Made by a program: the position numbers and the translations under genes. The notes beneath the pieces are model-generated. The model was not told where the DNA came from, searched no databases, and saw only the letters and a list, made by a program, of their open reading frames with translations. 20,000 nucleotides of DNA from Candidatus Sysuiplasma jiujiangense (lineage in GTDB: Archaea > Thermoplasmatota > Thermoplasmata > Sysuiplasmatales > Sysuiplasmataceae): the NCBI GenBank assembly GCA_019721075.1, contig JAHEAD010000003.1, positions 121,293 through 141,292 of the forward strand. Direction: 5' to 3'. Positions 16,809 to 20,000 of the stretch are shown here, one piece after another. Positions within the stretch are counted from its first letter, which is position 1. Every line of letters begins with the position of its first letter.

Positions 16809-17417
16809 ATGAGTGAAAAAGATTATTCCGGGATCGATATTGCCGTGATTGATAACGGGGGGCAGTGGACGCACAGGGAATACAGGGTTATCAGGGATCT
16901 TGGCGCAGTGGTCAAAATCGTCCCGAACACTGCCGATTTTTCACAGATTGCAAATGCAGACGGAATAGTCCTTAGCGGTGGTTCCCCCAGCGTCGGTCTT
17001 CAGCCGGAGAGAATGGGCAACGCAGGCAAATTCGTAGACTTGTTCCCTGGGCCAGTAATGGGCATCTGTGTAGGTCATCATTTTCTTGCCCACCATCTCG
17101 GCGGAAAGGTGGGACGCGGTCTGAGCGCCGAATACGGAAGGGCACGACTTGAGGTAATAGAGAACAGGGGGATACTTGCAGGGTTGCCGCCTTCATTTAC
17201 TGTTTGGGAGTCGCACAAGGATGAGGTAAAAGCACTGCCGCCGGGTTTCGTTTCCCTGGCAAGGACGGGTGTGTGTGAGATAGAGGCGATGATGTCTGCA
17301 GACAGGCAGATATTCGGTGTTCAGTTCCATCCTGAGGTCGAAGATACTGAAAACGGATTGCAGATATTCATCAACTTCCTTGAGGAAGTATCAAAATGGA
17401 AATCAGCAGGGAACTAA
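16809..17417 (+). CDS. guaAA: GMP synthase subunit A (class I glutamine amidotransferase)
   Basis: Motifs IDNGGQWTHRE, IVLSGGSP, GICVGHH (catalytic Cys), VWESHKDEV, VQFHPEV. Confidence 0.93.
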   Translation: MSEKDYSGIDIAVIDNGGQWTHREYRVIRDLGAVVKIVPNTADFSQIANADGIVLSGGSPSVGLQPERMGNAGKFVDLFPGPVMGICVGHHFLAHHLGGKVGRGLSAEYGRARLEVIENRGILAGLPPSFTVWESHKDEVKALPPGFVSLARTGVCEIEAMMSADRQIFGVQFHPEVEDTENGLQIFINFLEEVSKWKSAGN

Positions 17418-17620
17418 TTGATGTACTCTCAGAAACAATCGAGAGAAGAAGAAAGGATGAAACGTTTGAGAGGACGCTTGGAAAAGTCCTGAGGCGAAGG
17501 AAACTGCCGTTTTCCGCATACATTGACCTTATGTCTTTTCTCAGAAGCGAGATGCAAAAGGGACTGACCGCTGACGACGCGGCAAGGAGTCTATGCTCAG
17601 AATATGCCGAAAAGAAATAG
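17396..17620 (+). CDS. Small hypothetical protein (74 aa)
   Basis: Overlaps the guaAA end by 22 nt, has GAGG upstream, protein-like helical composition, and fills the gap. Confidence 0.6.
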   Translation: MEISRELIDVLSETIERRRKDETFERTLGKVLRRRKLPFSAYIDLMSFLRSEMQKGLTADDAARSLCSEYAEKK

Positions 17621-18058
17621 TATCAGAATGAGCGCAGCCATTATTCCGGCAGCAGCAAACATGTAACGGAGAATTTTCGTGTCGCTGCCAAAGATTATAG
17701 GCACGGGGCCGATAAATATCACGCCTCCCAACCTTCCGGTTCTCCGCGGAGTTACCTCATTTCCCGAAAACTCTTCCTGATCGGGAGGTTGTACCGTGGA
17801 TACATTCTGATGCTTGAAAAAATCACTGGTTTCGCTGTTCCTGTATTCGGGAAATGCCATGAGCAGGGGAAGCAGCGCAACAAAAGCGGCGAATATCAGG
17901 ATTACTGCAATTACCGCAAATGGACCGCTGCCGTAAATTACAGGAAATATAAAAACCACCGCCAGACCCAGTTGCCCTGTCAGGACGCCCGCAATCATGG
18001 TAATCGCTGCGGCGGTAAAGAGAAGGACAAACAACGTCAAAGGCAGCCATCTATTCAA
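17597..18058 (-). CDS. DUF131 / TIGR00304-like archaeal membrane protein
   Basis: Signature GGVIFIGPVPIIFGSD, a related N-terminal FIFPVIYGSG, and TM helices. TTG start. Confidence 0.8.
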   Translation of the reverse strand: MNRWLPLTLFVLLFTAAAITMIAGVLTGQLGLAVVFIFPVIYGSGPFAVIAVILIFAAFVALLPLLMAFPEYRNSETSDFFKHQNVSTVQPPDQEEFSGNEVTPRRTGRLGGVIFIGPVPIIFGSDTKILRYMFAAAGIMAALILILFLFGIF

Positions 18059-18136
18059 CAGGCAACCTCCGTTCCAGTAATGCCTTTCGACTGGAATTCC
18101 CTGAGAACAAGAACTTCTTCATGATTGGGCCCACCC

Positions 18137-18664
18137 TCATGTTTCATCTTCAGCACATTTGGCTCCGAGTGCAGCGACTGTCCTGAATATCCGATCCCAG
18201 TGCGAACCCTGCCAGTATATTTTACCACATCGTACGCATTTGTAGAATACTTCATGTCTTGAAGCTATCCCTGCTCCAGTCTCCGCGGATGCCTCGGCAG
18301 GAGTTATTACGGACAGAGTGCTGTTGCAGAGGGTGCATCTGACAGTTTTTATATGAGGTGTGACGCCCAGCGTATTCATCACTGTTATCAACTGGTCCTC
18401 TATTTCGATACCGGGAATGTAGATTGCCCGAATCTTTCTGTTTGCGGAAAGTTCTCTGTCTCTTGTGAGGAGTATTCTTGATTCCTCTGCAGCCCTCCGC
18501 GCTATCTCCACGTCTCGTGTGTCGTCCGCATATTCAGTATCAAAACCCAGTATCCTGAGCCAGCGCGCCAGCTTGCCCAGCATCCTGTCGGCAAGGAACC
18601 GTGGCTCCGCACTTTCACTGTTCATGCTTTCACTGTTCATGTCAGCCTGACCGGAATTATTCAT
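18137..18664 (-). CDS. Mut7-C RNase-like (PIN-fold, DUF82) protein with Zn ribbon
   Basis: FLADRMLGKLARWLRILGFDT, RILLTRD, RCTLCN...CVRCGKIYWQGSH. Alternative starts at 18640 and 18625. Confidence 0.92.
   Translation of the reverse strand: MNNSGQADMNSESMNSESAEPRFLADRMLGKLARWLRILGFDTEYADDTRDVEIARRAAEESRILLTRDRELSANRKIRAIYIPGIEIEDQLITVMNTLGVTPHIKTVRCTLCNSTLSVITPAEASAETGAGIASRHEVFYKCVRCGKIYWQGSHWDRIFRTVAALGAKCAEDET
18612..18641. repeat. Perfect 15-bp tandem duplication (CTTTCACTGTTCATG x2)
   Basis: Read directly from the sequence; encodes MNSES-MNSES on the minus strand. Confidence 0.9.
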
Positions 18665-18715
18665 GCCGCCCAGCCGGTGATCGGTTGACCACTAAAAGAA
18701 TGTTCAGTCCTGAGT

Positions 18716-19348
18716 TCAAAGGGGGCGGTATTCGGCGAGATAGCCTGTGCCGAGCTTTGTGAGTCGGATGAGCCTTAACCTTTCCAGCATTTTTCCTCCC
18801 TTAAAGCCGGTGCCGTCTGCGATTGTGGGTGAGGTCCGTCCCCCGATGACAACCGGCGAGGTGTATATCATGAGCGTATCGACAAGATGAAACGAGATAA
18901 AGCTGAATATCAGTTCTCCTCCGCCTTCAACCAGAAGCGACCTGATTCCCATCCTGTAAAGTATTGACAGAGCTCTGACAATATCAACACGCTCCTTTCC
19001 GCAGCTTATGACTTCAGCAGCCGCAGATTTCATGTGCGTGCCCACGGCGGTGAAAATAATTGTTTTGGCATTGCCGTCGAAAATTTTCGCTTCGGCAGGA
19101 GTGCGTCCCCTGGAGTCGAATACAACTCTGACAGGACGTTTTCCCGACCTTACGCCACGAACTGTAAGCGAAGGATTGTCCGATATAACAGTGTTTACAC
19201 CAACTGCAATGGCGTCGTGCGCCGCCCGAAGCTTCATAACTCTTTTCATATCCTCTCTGCCCGAAAGCGTAAGATGCGTTCTGCCGGGAGAGGAGATTTT
19301 CCCGTCAATTGAGGCTGCACAATTAATCGTGACTTCCGGTCTGTGCAT
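18716..19348 (-). CDS. arfC: 2,5-diamino-6-(ribosylamino)-4(3H)-pyrimidinone 5'-phosphate reductase (RibD C-terminal-only, archaeal type)
   Basis: AASIDGKI, DAIAVGVNTVISDNPSLTVR, RVVFDSRGRTP, LLVEGGGEL, with no deaminase domain. ATG 19348 preferred because TTTAAT lies about 33 nt upstream. Confidence 0.88.
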   Translation of the reverse strand: MHRPEVTINCAASIDGKISSPGRTHLTLSGREDMKRVMKLRAAHDAIAVGVNTVISDNPSLTVRGVRSGKRPVRVVFDSRGRTPAEAKIFDGNAKTIIFTAVGTHMKSAAAEVISCGKERVDIVRALSILYRMGIRSLLVEGGGELIFSFISFHLVDTLMIYTSPVVIGGRTSPTIADGTGFKGGKMLERLRLIRLTKLGTGYLAEYRPL

Positions 19349-19529
19349 TGCTAACCAGACAGGACCAATGAACACCACACATTAAATGTTTCAGTCGCGG
19401 CTGCACCGGTTGTGGGGTCGTACAGATTTGCCCTTCCGTAATCTTTATTCCCTTCTTACATGCCGGTTCTCCATAAACACCATGTTGCGTCTGATGTGGC
19501 CACAGCTGTCCTCTGCTGCGGCCTGGAAA

Positions 19530-20000
19530 CTATGTTATGTATGTCAGTGAGCCGAGATGCGCTTTGATGCCGTGCTGCAGTCTCACAAGTGCAGCAAATA
19601 TCTTTCCGATGAAAGTGAAGTGGCATGAGCGTTCGAACCACTTCCTGCCGCGCCTGTATGGTATGGCGTCCATGGATGTTGTGGATTTGGTCACCGCCAC
19701 CATACCCTCGGTCCTGCCGCTTCGCTCGTTGCAGATGCGAGCATGGCCGTCCGGGTCTGTTTCCGCCACGGCCATGACACTGTTGCGGAAGTATGAGCCC
19801 ACGGCCTCATACTCGCCCCGGTTGTACAGAAAGATGAGCATATCCGTGATTGCTGCGCCTGTTTTGAAGCAGGCATCGTCATGGTATTTCTGATAGAGGC
19901 GCCTTATCTCATGCTCCTCTCCAGCAGTATTGTGCCTCCAGTCCCTCTCAATCCTGTACTGGAGGCGTATGCCGTTTATGCCCGAATGTGCAATGTTCCT
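19530..20000 (-). mobile_element. C-terminal part of a probable DDE transposase (IS4/IS5-superfamily-like), continuing past the window edge
   Basis: Frame is open from 20000 (RNIAHSGINGIRLQYRIERDW...LYQKYH...). CNERSGRTEGMVAVTK resembles the Y-x2-R-x3-E-x6-K signature. The C-terminal tail resembles archaeal transposases as I recall them (unverified). Confidence 0.55.

Noticed and set aside
18055..18255. 66-aa ORF bridging Mut7-C and DUF131
   Set aside because: More than half overlaps Mut7-C out of frame; no supporting features.
1..20000. tRNA, rRNA, CRISPR array, SRP or RNase P RNA
   Set aside because: No cloverleaf, repeat-spacer periodicity or conserved RNA motifs seen in the intergenic regions by eye.

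Overview
Gene-dense archaeal chromosomal segment, most likely Thermoplasmatota (inferred from the Orc1/Cdc6 gene, split GMP synthase A/B, stand-alone Lrp/AsnC RAM domain, DUF131, Mut7-C, and TATA-like promoters). Most genes are housekeeping: DedA-like, GT4, FKBP, asnS, gcvT, cdc6, guaAB, guaAA, ahcY, PfkB kinase and riboflavin reductase. There is also an orphan beta-class DNA methyltransferase and a probable transposase running off the right edge. The best candidate for an undescribed system is a 1107-aa tandem-GAF protein with no recognisable output domain, divergently paired with a HAD-fold protein whose four catalytic motifs are all substituted. The pair shares an intergenic region containing a palindrome around a TATA-like core and sits just upstream of cdc6. 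Other oddities: the conserved gcvT N-terminus has no in-frame ATG/GTG/TTG; the membrane-anchored FKBP is rich in N-glycosylation sequons; two short tandem duplications alter gene ends; and I saw no CTAG in the window. All family calls come from motif recognition by eye; no database searches were run.
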